DNA of 40,088 nucleotides, taken from contig CAZXZL010000004.1 in NCBI GenBank assembly GCA_964645415.1, positions 1 through 40,088 on the forward strand. The letters run 5' to 3'. This document shows positions 39,201 to 40,088 of this stretch, one piece after another. Position 1 is the first letter of the stretch. Each line of letters starts with the position of its first letter. The stretch comes from an uncultured Methanosarcinales archaeon. GTDB taxonomy: Archaea > Nanobdellota > Nanobdellia > Woesearchaeales > CAZXZL01. A model generated the notes under the pieces. It had not been told where the DNA came from. It saw nothing but the letters and a program-made list of their open reading frames with translations, and ran no database searches. A program made the translations under genes and the position numbers.

Positions 39201-39749
39201 CAAGAGTATGAAAATCTTGTTCAAAAAAGAAAGGCTTTAATTGATGAAAAAGATCAAGTTATAGAAATGATGAATAAAATTGAAACAAAAAAGAAGAAAA
39301 AATTCATGTCTACTTTTGAAAAACTCAAAGAAAAATTTTATGAAAAATTTGAATCTTTATCTTATAAACCTGCAAAAGCTGTATTAAAATTAACTGATGA
39401 AGATAATCCTTTAGATGGTGGAGTTGATGTTAAAGTAAAATCCGAAGGAAGACGTTTTTTAGATATAAGAAGTCTTTCCGGTGGTGAAAAATCAATGACT
39501 GCAATTGCTTTCTTATTTGCTGTCCAAGAATTTTCTCCTGCTCCATTTTATATTCTTGATGAAATAGATGCTGCATTAGATAAGAAAAACTCTGAACAGT
39601 TATCTGATTTAATTAAGAAATATTCTTCAAAAGCTCAATATGTGGTTATTTCTCATAATGATAATGTTATTACTAAAAGTGATGCTGCCTTTGGACTTTC
39701 TATGAATAAAGAAGGTATTAGTAAAGTTGTTTCATTAGATTTAGAGTAA
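36249..39749 (+). CDS. smc: Chromosome segregation protein SMC
   Basis: Walker A GPNGSGKSN, hinge (G.FGTV.EL, FLPLNKI, VTLDGD...G.M.GG), LSGGEK, LDEIDAALD. Confidence 0.97.
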   Translation: MPKTKILKLEMKNFKSFHKKTVVPYKDNFNVIIGPNGSGKSNILDAMCFVLGKTSSKALRAENNAKLIFNGGNSKKPANYAYVSLYLDNKNGAFSIDTDVVKITRRVDKSGKGTYKINEDKVTKREMTELLSQAGIDSDGYNIVLQGDVSRFVEMTSNNRRELIEEISGLGVYEKKKSKALKELDKVDDKLNEAKLVLNEKSNYLDELEEDYHNAKKYLELKEEVKNLKATLINLNIDEISDDKEKYDKKIKSLKEKIKNIEEKVSNIEDKKNEVLKEIESISNDIEKNSTGSENTYVKKIEKLSEKLSSKKGDLNTLNSELKRNKERQKEIDENIKELNSKIERVDKDLSELKSRKDNLKKELKEVNELISKHKEKNSLENLGKIEEDIEEIDSKIEKKNKKVHSLREKQQEMLRKKDRLEMELDSVESQLRKVSKLQDEEQKKLDKIKEKKKKYKEVTVKLNKVLSENSSVSAELNNARNKKEELNKKLSKIKGKSMMIKEKLSRNNAIKVVLDMKRSTEGIFGTVGELGRVNKDYSVALEVAAGGRMYSVVVRDDSVASKCISVLRDKKVGTANFLPLNKIHARTSNVGDVLNKNGVLGLARNLINYDPKFKKIFDYVFGDTIVVQNLSIARSLMKRGRRIVTLDGDLIKGSGAMQGGYRKKKRKSAGFVNEEWDEKIQEVEKKIQEYSRLVSKLEQKKKETEEDISELRKKKASLEGEIIKEEKSLNLDKDDLDVSKDKKEVLIDKINKFEDDLDEINSEIRSNMKDLTKLKTEKQEKREKMSSARDPTIIAELNSYEDNKESIKEKISKVDVKISTQESRKENVFLKELEKIKKIRTDLDSELEEFKENKKSIKKEVEELESKLEELRDKNKEFQSKFKDMFEKKKKLEKDSENYSKKISELLEKRRDYEKKINNINLKSAQINAKYNSLKEQLKNIDDYEIYDLAKSTVKKKLANKEVDLESYGNVNMKALEMYDEVKQEYENLVQKRKALIDEKDQVIEMMNKIETKKKKKFMSTFEKLKEKFYEKFESLSYKPAKAVLKLTDEDNPLDGGVDVKVKSEGRRFLDIRSLSGGEKSMTAIAFLFAVQEFSPAPFYILDEIDAALDKKNSEQLSDLIKKYSSKAQYVVISHNDNVITKSDAAFGLSMNKEGISKVVSLDLE

Positions 39750-39755
39750 TTTTAA

Positions 39756-39926
39756 CTCAATCTTTATCACGCTTTTAAATTTTTAATTTAATAAGTTCTA
39801 AACTTTAGTTTAGTAAGTTGACCAGGATAGTACCATACTTCGTATGGCACGGTAGTTTCCATAACTTTCTATGTATTTCTGTTTTTGTTTTTATAAGCCC
39901 CTATTATTTCTTTTTTAGATGATTTT
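39756..39926 (+). repeat. Dispersed mosaic repeat, copy D
   Basis: CTCAATCTTTATCAC...TTCTAAACTTTAGTTTAGTAAGTTGACCAGGATAGTACCATACTTCGTATGGCAC...TAGATGATTTT; starts 7 nt after the smc stop. Confidence 0.9.
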
Positions 39927-39971
39927 GATGGATTACATTCGAAGAAGATTAAACGTAGATTTTCTCTTTAG

Positions 39972-40088
39972 CACAATTTTTATCAATTACTAAAAACAAA
40001 GTTTTTAGAATCTTTAAATCAAAGATTTAATAGAAATTGGTTAGGATGGTACCATACTTCGTATGGCACGTTAGTTTCCATAAATTTC
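39972..40088 (+). repeat. Dispersed mosaic repeat, copy E (tandem to D, cut by window end)
   Basis: CACAATTTTTATCAA start, two variant hairpins, then AGGATGGTACCATACTTCGTATGGCACGTTAGTTTCCATA. Confidence 0.85.

Noticed and set aside
39816..39865. Repeat core as a hammerhead ribozyme
   Set aside because: I found no CUGANGA core on either strand.
39830..40069. GNA-loop hairpins as diversity-generating retroelement cis-hairpins or retron msDNA
   Set aside because: No reverse transcriptase and no TR/VR pair with adenine-specific mismatches in the window; the upstream genes are housekeeping genes.

Overview
A very AT-rich archaeal core-genome window. It is most consistent with a DPANN/Nanobdellota (Woesearchaeales-like) genome: split Rpo2, GGTG(A) Shine-Dalgarno sites, N-extended uS14 and charged tails on ribosomal proteins. 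It contains a CBS/Zn-ribbon gene, tRNA-Asp and tRNA-Lys, the RNA polymerase operon (rpo5, rpo2N, rpo2C, rpo1N, rpo1C, eL30, nusA and a hypothetical gene where uS12/uS7 normally sit) and a wHTH-aIF6-prefoldin operon. These are followed by ftsZ with an adjacent orphan archaellin, topA, tRNA-Leu, eS1, the S10/spc superoperon through secY and DUF106, pgk, a UbiA-domain membrane protein and smc. Four less-explained signals stand out. (1) A dispersed, modular, hairpin-rich non-coding repeat is present in at least five copies, always in sense orientation 3' of an operon end, with compensatory base changes and cGNAg-type loops. (2) A Lys/Ser-rich tail cassette is shared almost base-for-base between uS3 and uL30. 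(3) There is a structured leader upstream of rpl3. (4) An array of palindromes with a 19-bp period lies upstream of the wHTH gene. All calls are by eye; no database searches were run.
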